DNA from: an uncultured Acidobacteriota bacterium
GTDB lineage: Bacteria; Acidobacteriota; Polarisedimenticolia; J045
NCBI GenBank assembly: GCA_963702425.1
Contig: CAVPCQ010000032.1
Coordinates: forward strand, 96,001 to 160,000
Direction of reading: 5' to 3'
Length of the DNA stretch: 64,000 bases
In this document: piece by piece, positions 8,204 through 17,128 of the stretch
Numbering within the stretch: position 1 is the first letter of the stretch
Layout of the letters: every line of letters starts with the position of its first letter
Made by a program: the position numbers and the translations under genes
Notes under the pieces: model-generated
Databases searched by the model: none
Told to the model about the DNA's origin: nothing
What the model saw: only the letters and a program-made list of their open reading frames with translations

Positions 8204-9952
8204 ATGCAAACTCCCAAGGATGGTGGCAAGCCCAAGAATGGTGGAATGCCCGGCAGAAAAATCGAAGTGGGCTCCTTCCGCGGAAAGGAGGTGACGTTCC
8301 TCGCACGCCGGCTGGTGATCCAGCTGGCGGCGTCGGAGGATGAGAAGTTGCTCATGGAATCCGTGGCGACCCTGATGGCCAAGGCCAAGGGCGCACGCGT
8401 GATGCGCGGGCCGAGTGCCACAGGTCGGATCCTGGTCATGCTGCCGGAAGGCCAGAGCGTGATCGAATGGGCCGCACGCTTCTCCGACGAGCGCGCCGTC
8501 GCCTACGCCGAGCCGGACATGCTGGAGCGGCTCCAGATCGTGCCGAACGACACACTGTACTCGAGCCAGTGGAGTCCGGGGATGGTGAATGCGGAGCAAG
8601 CCTGGGACCTCGAGACCGGCAAGACCAATGTGATCATCGGGATCATCGACTCCGGGATCTCCATCACCGGCGGGGCACTGGACCATGACGACCTCAACAC
8701 GCCGGGGCGCTTCGTCCTGGGGACGGACTTCGTGGATGGGGGCACGCCTCGCGACCTGAACGGCCACGGCACACACGTGACGGGGATTGCGGCAGCGATG
8801 GGCGACAACGGCACTGGGATCGCGGGGATGAACTGGGGATCGCAAGTATACATCTGTCGGACGTTCGATGCGGGAGGGAACGGCAGCTCGGCGGACTTTG
8901 CCGACGCCGTCGAGGAGATCACGGATTTCGCCGTGGCCAACGGGCTGAAGGCAGTGATCAACTACAGCGGCGGCGGCGTGGACAACCAGACTAAACAAGA
9001 CGCCGCCACGTACGCGTCGAACAACGGGATGCTCCTGGTTGCGGCGACCGGCAACGACAACGGCGGACCGGTGATCTTCCCGGCCGCGTATTCGACCACG
9101 ATCACGGGAGTCATCGCGGTCGGATCGACGGATTCCAACGACACCGTCTCGGGATTCTCGAACGTTGGACCCGAGGTGACCGTGGTGGCGCCGGGCGGCG
9201 ACATCCTATCGACGACGCCAACCTACAACGTGACCCTCTCGGGCCCGCCGGCCAACCTCGCGCTCAACCACGGCAACCTGAGCGGAACTTCCATGGCGAC
9301 GCCCATGGTCACTGGGTTGGCGGCCTTGATGTGGAGCCGGCACCCCAGCCACACGAATCAGAAGGTCAAGCAGTGCCTGATCGACACGGCCGTCAAGCTG
9401 GGCTCGGGGAACTTCGACAACAGCTGGGGCTTCGGCCGAATCGACGCGTACGCCGCACTCAAGTGCGGAGACTGGATCATGCCCTCGAAGCTAATCCTCT
9501 GCAAGTCGAGGCTGGTCCTCTGCACGTCGAAGCTGAGCACTTGCAGGACGCAGCTGTCCGTCTGCAAGTCGAAGCTGACCATCTGCAGCTCGCAGCTGGT
9601 AATCTGCAAATCGCAGTTGACAGTCTGCAAGTCGCAACTGACGCTCTGCGGAAAGTCGCAGTTGGTTCTCTGCCCAACCAAGTCGTTCCTCGATGCCTGC
9701 CCGGTCAGGTCGGTCCTGGCGGCCTGCCCTTCAGCGGTGGACGCGTGCCCGTCGACGCCCGGAGGATGCGAGTTCGTCGACCCGAGAGAACTTCTGGTCG
9801 ACCCGCTCATCCGGATCGCGGGACTTGAGTACCGGCTTCAGGAGCTCAAGACGGAGCTGTGGTACGGTGCGGGCGCGGCCAAGGCGCCCGATGCCGGCGA
9901 CGACGACGGTTGGTTCGTCCTCGACGACGGTGGCAATATCCACCTCATCTAA
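8204..9952 (+). CDS. Subtilisin-family (S8) protease with I9-like prodomain, fused to a C-terminal Cys/Ser/Thr-rich repeat (putative RiPP core) and acidic tail
   Basis: Triad IIDSG, NGHGTHVTG, GTSMATP; prodomain ends YAEPD before the mature-like PND..Y..QW; no signal peptide; tail of 13 x [S/T]x4C. Confidence 0.92.
   Translation: MQTPKDGGKPKNGGMPGRKIEVGSFRGKEVTFLARRLVIQLAASEDEKLLMESVATLMAKAKGARVMRGPSATGRILVMLPEGQSVIEWAARFSDERAVAYAEPDMLERLQIVPNDTLYSSQWSPGMVNAEQAWDLETGKTNVIIGIIDSGISITGGALDHDDLNTPGRFVLGTDFVDGGTPRDLNGHGTHVTGIAAAMGDNGTGIAGMNWGSQVYICRTFDAGGNGSSADFADAVEEITDFAVANGLKAVINYSGGGVDNQTKQDAATYASNNGMLLVAATGNDNGGPVIFPAAYSTTITGVIAVGSTDSNDTVSGFSNVGPEVTVVAPGGDILSTTPTYNVTLSGPPANLALNHGNLSGTSMATPMVTGLAALMWSRHPSHTNQKVKQCLIDTAVKLGSGNFDNSWGFGRIDAYAALKCGDWIMPSKLILCKSRLVLCTSKLSTCRTQLSVCKSKLTICSSQLVICKSQLTVCKSQLTLCGKSQLVLCPTKSFLDACPVRSVLAACPSAVDACPSTPGGCEFVDPRELLVDPLIRIAGLEYRLQELKTELWYGAGAAKAPDAGDDDGWFVLDDGGNIHLI
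9485..9769 (+). repeat. Intragenic tandem repeat (21-27 nt units) encoding 13 [S/T]-x4-C units
   Basis: Units such as tgcaagtcgaggctggtcctc, tgcaagtcgaagctgaccatc and tgcaagtcgcaactgacgctc. Confidence 0.9.
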
Positions 9953-9973
9953 GTCAAGCAGGAGGACTGTGGT

Positions 9974-11005
9974 GTGAGTGAACTGGGACTGGCCCGGCGG
10001 GCTGCGCGATTCGTGATCACACGTGGGTTGATCTCGCACGAGGAGGTCCATCGCTACGGGATCCGAGCCCGGGACCTATCCCAGTCCAACGGCGTTGCGC
10101 TGGTCGAGTCCGGCAACGGACGAGGCTTCGTGGCGAAGGATATGAGGCCGACGCGCTCGGGGGACCAGGGTTCCCCCGAGCGCGAACTCGGCCTCTACCG
10201 GGCCATCTCGGGCCGGAAGGAGCTCGAGGCCTTCACGCCGCGGTTCCATGGGTACGACGACGGGGAACACATCCTGCTCATCGAGGGCCTTTCGTCGTCT
10301 CGGCGCCTCGATCAGCTCGGCGGCGGGCGAAGCGTGCTGGATCCTGAACTAGCGGGTCGGGTCGGCGCGGCCTTGGGTCTGTGGCACCTGCGTGCGGCGG
10401 CGCTGGACGGTCTGGATCGAGCCGTGATCTGGTTCCTCGGCATCGACGGCGAGAACCGCCTGGCCGTACTCGATGCTGATGCGCGTCTGCGCGAGCTCAC
10501 CCTGAAGATCCTCTCCGACCCAGAGTTGAAGAAGTGCCTGGTGCGCGTGCGTGCCCACTGGACGGACGAGACGGTGATCCACGGCGATGTGCGCTTCGCC
10601 AACGTCATGGTCTGTCCCGCACCGCAAGTCGTTCGCTTCATCGACTGGGAGACCAGCGGGATGGGCGATCCGGCCTGGGACGTGGCGGGCGGCGTCCAGG
10701 AGTATCTGAGCGTAGGGATCGCGGGCGGACATCCGCTGGAGAGTTCGCCGGCCGGAGATCCGGTGGAGGCGTTCCTCAGGCGCTACCGGGAGACGTCTCG
10801 CAGCTCGATGCCGTGGTCGCGCTTCGCGCCCTTCGTCGCGTGCCGCCTGATGATGCGGGCGCTGCAGCTGACGTTGTGGGATGGGGACGCACGGGAGGCG
10901 ACCGAGCAGCACCTGAAACTGGCCGCAGAGATCGGCACAAGGACGGAAAGTCCGTTCGAGCGCGTTCCGCAGGACGACCCGGCACTCCAGTCCACGGACC
11001 AATGA
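9974..11005 (+). CDS. APH-family phosphotransferase (LanK-like Ser/Thr kinase)
   Basis: FVAK, Brenner motif IHGDVRFANVM, FIDWE..GMGDPAWDVA; GTG start after a CAGGAGG RBS. Confidence 0.85.
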   Translation: MSELGLARRAARFVITRGLISHEEVHRYGIRARDLSQSNGVALVESGNGRGFVAKDMRPTRSGDQGSPERELGLYRAISGRKELEAFTPRFHGYDDGEHILLIEGLSSSRRLDQLGGGRSVLDPELAGRVGAALGLWHLRAAALDGLDRAVIWFLGIDGENRLAVLDADARLRELTLKILSDPELKKCLVRVRAHWTDETVIHGDVRFANVMVCPAPQVVRFIDWETSGMGDPAWDVAGGVQEYLSVGIAGGHPLESSPAGDPVEAFLRRYRETSRSSMPWSRFAPFVACRLMMRALQLTLWDGDAREATEQHLKLAAEIGTRTESPFERVPQDDPALQSTDQ

Positions 11006-11937
11006 TCAGCGCCATGCACGGCGATCTCCTCGAAGCGGCTGAGTGGTTGGTCGACCAAACCCTACGCCACGAGGCAGCGAACGAGGGTCCTGACGAGCTG
11101 GCGCTCAGGCTCTACGATTGGTACCTGAATACGTCGCCGCTGCCCAAGCCCACGGGTCCACTGCTCCCCTATGAGCTCAACCTGCCGGCTGCCGTGCGCG
11201 GTGCACACCATGAAACGCCCCGCTTCGAGGGCGGATGGAAGGCGCAGACCGCTTCATCGTGGGGGCGGGTGGTGGCGAACAAGGGAGACGAGACCCGAGT
11301 GCTCGAGCGCAGCGAGTATACGGTTCCCGGCCGACGTGGGTTGCGCGCCCAACACGGCGACGCTCTCCTCGTCTCCCGCTGCTGGGACTGGGTCGACGAG
11401 GAGACCGGATTCTGGCACTACAGGCGCGGGACCTGGCCTCCCCCCGGAGCGGACCGCCTCGTCCGGATCTATTGGAACTGTGTGCCTGCCGAGGCTCCGC
11501 GCGTCATTGCGCAGGTGTCCCTGGTTCTGGGCGCCGCGGCCGATGTCCCGTTCATGGTGAAGACCCCCGCGCGATCCGATCACAACGGACGCGCGGACGC
11601 CGTCGTGAGCTACCTGGGACCCGATGGGTATTCGAGATTCGAGTGCGAGCTCCGAGCGACCGCGGAGTCGCTCGCTGTGTGCCTGCGGCCGCAGACTCCG
11701 CGAATGACGCATCGGCTGGCCCCCGGAGTAGCCCTCACCGAAGGCAAACTGGGCGGAGACAGCTTCGGCGATGTGCGTTGCCGACTCTTGGCCGATACGT
11801 TTTGCGAGGCAAGCGCCGAGGCTCGCCGCTCGGTGCCGCAGCTTGTGGAGAGGATCGGTGCAGACTTCCGAGCGACGGGCCTGGACCCCGCACGCCCATA
11901 CCTCGAGCCAGGGCCGGTTCGTGACTACGACGGTTGA
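11002..11937 (+). CDS. HopA1-family phosphoSer/Thr lyase (LanY-like)
   Basis: VRIYWN, PFMVK, RADAVVSY, PRMTHRLAPGVALTE and SFGDVRCRLLA motifs; ATGA overlap with the kinase stop. Confidence 0.8.
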   Translation: MISAMHGDLLEAAEWLVDQTLRHEAANEGPDELALRLYDWYLNTSPLPKPTGPLLPYELNLPAAVRGAHHETPRFEGGWKAQTASSWGRVVANKGDETRVLERSEYTVPGRRGLRAQHGDALLVSRCWDWVDEETGFWHYRRGTWPPPGADRLVRIYWNCVPAEAPRVIAQVSLVLGAAADVPFMVKTPARSDHNGRADAVVSYLGPDGYSRFECELRATAESLAVCLRPQTPRMTHRLAPGVALTEGKLGGDSFGDVRCRLLADTFCEASAEARRSVPQLVERIGADFRATGLDPARPYLEPGPVRDYDG

Positions 11938-13408
11938 CTACCTGGCGCTCGCGGGCGGCATCGCGAATCGGCTGTGCGACGAGGCCATCCGCAGCCAGGG
12001 GCGCGCGACGTGGCTCGGCGACGAGAAGGAGAGTTTCGACGGAAGCTGGGAGGTCGTTTGCAAGACCGTCGACGGAGACCTGTACGGTGGCACGGCCGGA
12101 ATCGGCCTGTTCCTCGCCCGGATGGCCGCCGCGACGAAGGACCCTCGTTACCGCACCACAGCGCTCGAGGCCTTGGCCCACGCGACGGAGTGGACGCGGC
12201 GCACTCGATCCCTGGGCACGCTCTACGGCGGAGCGGCGGGCGTAGCAGCTGAGCTGGCGGAAGCCGGAAGGCTGCTCGATGAGCCGGGATTGACGGACGA
12301 GGCCTTTCGTGTCGCAGGCGAGAGCATCGACCACCCACCTCAGGGGGCGAACGACTTGATCTCCGGCCGGGCGGGGTCGATCGTCGCGCTTCTGCACCTC
12401 GCGCGGACGTTGCCCTTCGACGCCGCGTTGGAAGCAGCTCGCGAGCTCGGCGAGCAGATCGTGAAGGCCGCTGTGGGAACGCCATTCCCGGGCGCTGCCT
12501 GGCCATCGGACATCGGGCCGAACGAGCCTCCCCTGTGCGGACTCTCGCACGGTGCCTCGGGTATCGCCTGGGCCCTGGAGGAACTCGCGCTGATCACCGG
12601 AGAGCAACGCTACAGCCAGGTTGCTGCTTCCGCGGCCGCCTATGAACGGGCCTGGTACCAGCGGGAGGAGGGGAACTGGCCGGACCTCCGAGAGTTCACT
12701 CGCGCCAAGCTGGCGCGCGGCGAAGCCCCCGGCTTCCCGATGTTCTGGTGCCACGGTGCCGTCGGGATCGGTCTGGTGCGCCTGCGCCAATTCGAATTGA
12801 CCGGGGAGACGGTCTACGCCGTAGAGGCCGAAGCTGCCATGATGTCCGCCGAGAAACAGATCGCAGAGGTCTTCGAGGCACCGCGAGTCGACCTATCCCT
12901 GTGCCACGGTGTGGCTGGATTCGCTGAACTGTTCCTCGAGGGGGCTCGGGTCTTCGCACAACCGCTCTTGCGTGAGAAGGCGCTGTCCTGCGTCGACTTG
13001 GCGGCGCGCTGTGGGCAAGACGGGGCAGGGCCGTGGCCGTGCGGCATCCCCGACGGTGGCGAGAACCCCAGCCTCATGGTCGGGCTCGCGGGTATCGGGA
13101 TGATGTTCCTCAGAGCGGCCGATTCCAGCGTGCCTTCGGTGGGCCTGCCCTATACTCTACCGATCATGATTCCCCGATTGATCGTCCAGCTCAAAGTCAC
13201 CGAATCGCCGGCCGACCTGCAGGCTCGCGCAGCCGAGGTCGCCGCACTTCTGCCCGGCAGCCGCATAGAACGGATCTCTCGGCGCGGGCGCGTCCTCATT
13301 CGCCTACCCGCGGGTGCATCCGCAGAGTCTGCGGCACGATCGCTTTCCGGCCGCCAGGGAGTGGAGTACGCCGAACCCGACGCCGTGGACCACCAGACTG
13401 GCGAGTAG
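11921..13408 (+). CDS. LanC-type lanthionine cyclase with C-terminal subtilisin-prodomain-like domain
   Basis: LYGGTAGI, DLISGRAG, GLSHGASG, WCHG and LCHG (Zn ligands), LMVGLAGIG; GTG start overlaps the upstream gene; extra ~80 aa domain ending YAEPD. Confidence 0.9.
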   Translation: MTTTVDYLALAGGIANRLCDEAIRSQGRATWLGDEKESFDGSWEVVCKTVDGDLYGGTAGIGLFLARMAAATKDPRYRTTALEALAHATEWTRRTRSLGTLYGGAAGVAAELAEAGRLLDEPGLTDEAFRVAGESIDHPPQGANDLISGRAGSIVALLHLARTLPFDAALEAARELGEQIVKAAVGTPFPGAAWPSDIGPNEPPLCGLSHGASGIAWALEELALITGEQRYSQVAASAAAYERAWYQREEGNWPDLREFTRAKLARGEAPGFPMFWCHGAVGIGLVRLRQFELTGETVYAVEAEAAMMSAEKQIAEVFEAPRVDLSLCHGVAGFAELFLEGARVFAQPLLREKALSCVDLAARCGQDGAGPWPCGIPDGGENPSLMVGLAGIGMMFLRAADSSVPSVGLPYTLPIMIPRLIVQLKVTESPADLQARAAEVAALLPGSRIERISRRGRVLIRLPAGASAESAARSLSGRQGVEYAEPDAVDHQTGE

Positions 13409-13504
13409 GGTTTCGAAGGCGTTGTTGGCTAGATGCATCAAAGAGGCAGGAGTGTGCCTGGCCACTACCCCGTCCGCCTTGCCCTTCAACGAGTTGCGTT
13501 CCGA

Positions 13505-13906
13505 TGCAGGAGATCCGGATCGCCATCATTCAGCCCGCAACCGTCATTCGCTGGCATCGCAAAGGTTTCAGACGGTACTGGCACTGGAAGTCGCGGCGCC
13601 ACGCTGGACGCCCGACCTCAACGGCCAATACCCGCGCTCTCGTCCACCTCATGGCGGCCGAGAATCCGTCGCGGGGCGCGCCGCGATCTCCTCGACCACG
13701 TCATCGTCCTCAACGAGAAGCACCTGCAGCGCCTTGTGGCCTGCTTCGCCTCGTACGGCCTCGACAACCGGACGCACTTGTCCCTGAAGAGGGATGCGCC
13801 CGCGATGCGAGCCGTGGAGTCGAGCCCGCATCCAGCCGCCGAGATCATCGCTCGACCTCGCCTCGGCGGGCTTCATCATCGCTACGCTTGGCGCCGCGCG
13901 GCTTGA
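13505..13906 (+). pseudogene. Integrase-core (IS3/IS481-like) transposase relic with large internal deletion
   Basis: IIQPATVIRWHRKGFR..W..KS..GRP...MAAENP..GAPR joined out of frame to LLDHVIVLNEKHL...RTHLSL..DAP...PRLGGLHHRY. Confidence 0.78.
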
Positions 13907-14368
13907 CGATTCCGCTCGACCCGTCCACCGCCGCGGCCTCGTCGTGGAGCGGCTGTGCCTTTGTGGAAGGCAGACCGTCGCCATCTCTGTCAACCGATGG
14001 GCATGACCGTCCCCGACACACGTAGGGGCGCGTTCGGCCGGCGTGTTTGCCTGCCATTCCAAGCCGCGTGAGCCATCAGCAATGCGCCTGCTCGATATTG
14101 GCGAAGAACAGGTGGCTCGGGAGCTGGCGGGCTGGACTTCCAGCGGCTCTTCGGGTGCGGCCCCTTCGTGGCCGGCCTCTGCGAGCGAGCGCGGCGGGGA
14201 GCGGCGGCACGGCTCCATGCCCCCCGGACTCCGCCTGCCGGCGCGAGGCCGATCCGAGAGGCGCCGGAGGCGGTCTCCGGGCGTTGCCAGGAAGAGCGGC
14301 GCTGGAGTAGTCTCGCGCCGTTCGCAACAGGCGATCCGCGCCGTGCGCGGTCGCGCGGAGGACTCGAG

Positions 14369-15196
14369 ATGAGGCCAGGCTGGAGTATCGGTCGTCGGGC
14401 GGCGTTATTAAGCCTCGCGGTCGCCGCGCTGGTTCCAGCGGTGTCGCGGGCCGAGGTGCCGGCGGACAAGTGGGAGTGGCGCGTCACCCTCTACGGCTGG
14501 TTCCCGGCGATCGACGGAACCACGGACTTCCCGACCGGCGGGACCGGCCCGTCGTTCCAGGTCGACGCCAGCTCCATCATCGAGAACCTGAAGTTCGCCG
14601 CGATGGGCACGTTTGCGGGGCGCAAGGGACGGTGGGGCGGGTGGGCCGACGTGCTGTACGCCAACGTCGGCGACGACAAGTCCCGATCGCGCGACTTCAC
14701 CATCGGCGGGGCCGAGGTGCCCGGCGACGTCAACGTGGACGCCAACCTCGATATCAAGTCTTGGCTCGTGACCGCGGCCGGGACCTACCTGCTGAGCAAG
14801 ACCCCGCGGAATGAAACCGAATTGCTGGGCGGCTTCCGCATGCTCAACATGGACCAGACGCTCGAGTGGAGCGTCGACGGAAACATCGGCCCGCTCGAAT
14901 TGCCCGGTCGCAACGGCACCGCCGCCATCAGTGCGTCGAACTGGGACGGCATCATCGGCCTGAAGGGAATCGCAACGCTGAGCGGAAACGGGCACTGGAT
15001 CCTGCCGTACTACCTGGACGTGGGGACGGGCCAGTCGGATCTCACCTGGCAGGCCTTCGCCGCGATCGGCTACCGGTTCAAGTGGGGCGCGACGACCCTC
15101 GGCTGGCGCTACCTCGATTACCAGTTCGATTCGGACATGCGGCTCCAGGATCTCAGCCTGAATGGGCCGTTCGTCAGCCTGAGCTTTGCTTGGTGA
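14369..15196 (+). CDS. Outer-membrane beta-barrel protein
   Basis: Signal peptide, alternating aromatic strands, C-terminal SLSFAW; GGAGG RBS. Confidence 0.8.
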   Translation: MRPGWSIGRRAALLSLAVAALVPAVSRAEVPADKWEWRVTLYGWFPAIDGTTDFPTGGTGPSFQVDASSIIENLKFAAMGTFAGRKGRWGGWADVLYANVGDDKSRSRDFTIGGAEVPGDVNVDANLDIKSWLVTAAGTYLLSKTPRNETELLGGFRMLNMDQTLEWSVDGNIGPLELPGRNGTAAISASNWDGIIGLKGIATLSGNGHWILPYYLDVGTGQSDLTWQAFAAIGYRFKWGATTLGWRYLDYQFDSDMRLQDLSLNGPFVSLSFAW

Positions 15197-15314
15197 CCTG
15201 ATCCGCGCGGCGTGCCGTTCGCCGCGCCCCGGTGCCACGAATCGCGGGATGCGGGCAGGATCGCTCGTCCGTCGAGGTTGTTTCAGGCGCAGGCCGGATC
15301 AAGGAGGCACGGAA

Positions 15315-16193
15315 ATGAAGAGTTCGAAGACGAATCGCTCCGTCAAGACGGCCCTTGTTGTTTCCCTTCTGCTCCTGCTGTTCGGTGCCGCCGTAGCGGA
15401 CGCCGTCAGGGTGCAGGGCGTCATCAACGGACGAAGCGGGGCCACCATGACCGTCCGGAGCCCGGATTCGGGGATCGTGACCGTCCTCCTCACCCCGTCC
15501 ACGCATGTCGACGAGATGGAGTCGATCTTCGTCACGAACCGCCTGGCGCTGACGGCGCTGGTTCCCGGGCTCCAGGTCACCGTGGAAGGTGCGTTCGACT
15601 CCAGCAAGCAGCTGGTCGCGGACAAGGTCCTGTTCCAGGGCTCCGCGCTCCAGACGGCGCAGGACATCCAGGCGGGCCTGACGCCGGTCCAGCAGCAGCT
15701 CCAGCAGGATCAGAAGCAGATCCAGGCGGAGCAGAAAGCCACCGCCGCCCAGGCGGCGGCGATCGCCGCGAACAAGGCGGCCATCGCGGAGGCCAACAAG
15801 CGCTTCGGCGAGCTTGGCGACTACAACATCCTGGGCGAGGCCACCGTCCTGTTCGGGAACGGCACGGTCGCGGTGGATCCGCAATACAAGCCGCAGCTTC
15901 TGAAGCTGGCCGCGCAGGCCAAGGGGATCAAGGGCTACGTGATCTCGGTGCAGGGATACGCCTCGAAAGTCGGAAGCGCCGCGCTGAACCAGAAGCTGAG
16001 CTCTGAACGCGCGGCTAACGTGACGGCCTTCCTGGAGCAGGAGGGCGGGATCCCGCTGACCAACATGCTCGCTCCCGGCGCGATGGGGACGAGCAAGCAG
16101 GTGGCGCCGGATGCTACGGCGGAAGGGCAGGCTGAGAATCGGCGGGTCGTGGTCAGGATCCTGCAGAACAAGGCAATCGCCGGCGTCAACTGA
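15315..16193 (+). CDS. OmpA-family protein (N-terminal OB/DUF5666-like domain, coiled coil)
   Basis: Signal peptide; VQGYAS..G..ALNQKLSSERA and AEGQAENRRVVV; AAGGAGG RBS. Confidence 0.88.
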   Translation: MKSSKTNRSVKTALVVSLLLLLFGAAVADAVRVQGVINGRSGATMTVRSPDSGIVTVLLTPSTHVDEMESIFVTNRLALTALVPGLQVTVEGAFDSSKQLVADKVLFQGSALQTAQDIQAGLTPVQQQLQQDQKQIQAEQKATAAQAAAIAANKAAIAEANKRFGELGDYNILGEATVLFGNGTVAVDPQYKPQLLKLAAQAKGIKGYVISVQGYASKVGSAALNQKLSSERAANVTAFLEQEGGIPLTNMLAPGAMGTSKQVAPDATAEGQAENRRVVVRILQNKAIAGVN

Positions 16194-16307
16194 GACATGC
16201 GCATGCAACAGGGCGGACCTGCGACTCGTCGCAGGCCCGCGGCGGGGGCAACTCGGGCGTGCCGCCGGGGCTGACGCCGGTGCTGCGCTCGGGCTGCTTC
16301 CCTGGGT

Positions 16308-16535
16308 CTATCCGACGTACTTCGGGATGTAGGGCGCGACCTTTTCGCGGGGCCGGGCGCGGAAGCGTCCCTCGTAGGCCTCGCGGAATCCCCGGGGGAG
16401 CCCGGTGCGGCGCGGAAAGCGTCTCCGCTGGCACAGGCCGGCCCAGCCGCGCGGCCGCCACAGGTCATACGTCTCGACCGGCGCCATGTTATGCGGGCAG
16501 TCGGGGTTGGGGCAGAACGGCGGGACGAAGTCACG
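16308..16535 (-). pseudogene. Probable transposase remnant (Zn-finger start joined to a C-terminal piece)
   Basis: FVPPFCPNPDCPH joined directly to a short basic tail; too short to be functional. Confidence 0.35.
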
Positions 16536-16700
16536 CACCCGCTCGGAGTTCCTTGCCGCGGCCCATGCGTCAAGGAGACCACGCGGGCGGCGGTCGCGCA
16601 GCTTCCGTTCGCTCGTGATGCCCCGGAAGCGGGAATCCCGGTGACCACGGGGCCCTCTGCAGGCCCCGTGGTCGACCGTGCGCTGTTTCCAGCGCACCTC

Positions 16701-17114
16701 TCAGTGCTTGTTCGGCGCCATCGGCACGCCGCGGCGCTCGTACGTGATGTAGCTCTCCAGCGCGATCATCATCGGATCGTCGACCTTGAGCGGCTGCCCC
16801 TCCAGCGGCTGCTGGATGCACCAGTTGATCATGTCGCGCAGCGGGATCACCCGCCCCAGCTGCTGCTGGAACTTCGGATAGGTTTCGGGGTGGGTGTTGG
16901 CCGCGTTGGGGTGGCACTGCGCGCAGGCCACGCCGTTCGTCCCCAGCTCGGGGCTCGTCCAGAGCGCCCGGCCCTTGGCGACGACGCTCATGTACTCCTT
17001 GTCCCAGCGCGCCAGGTCCTCCTTGGTGAACTCGTCGGCCGTGAGCAGCCCGTGACCGACGAGGGCCGCCACGCCCAGCACGAGAGCACCGATGATCCAG
17101 GATCTCCTCTTCAT
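16701..17114 (-). CDS. Monoheme cytochrome c (SoxA-like domain)
   Basis: Signal peptide MKRRSWIIGALVLG; CAQCH; LRDMINWCI; AGGAGAG RBS. Confidence 0.85.
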   Translation of the reverse strand: MKRRSWIIGALVLGVAALVGHGLLTADEFTKEDLARWDKEYMSVVAKGRALWTSPELGTNGVACAQCHPNAANTHPETYPKFQQQLGRVIPLRDMINWCIQQPLEGQPLKVDDPMMIALESYITYERRGVPMAPNKH

Positions 17115-17128
17115 CGCACTCTCTCCTT

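Noticed and set aside
9485-9769. 21-nt periodic repeat as a CRISPR array or non-coding VNTR
   Set aside because: There are no unique spacers or cas genes; the repeat is in frame and varies like coding sequence.
10534-11001. Longer starts for the HopA1-like and LanC genes given by the ORF track
   Set aside because: They overlap upstream genes extensively; the coupled starts at 11002 and 11921 fit better.
14022-14045. GTAGGGGCG as another REP copy
   Set aside because: It lacks the CTCCGT loop and a clean stem.
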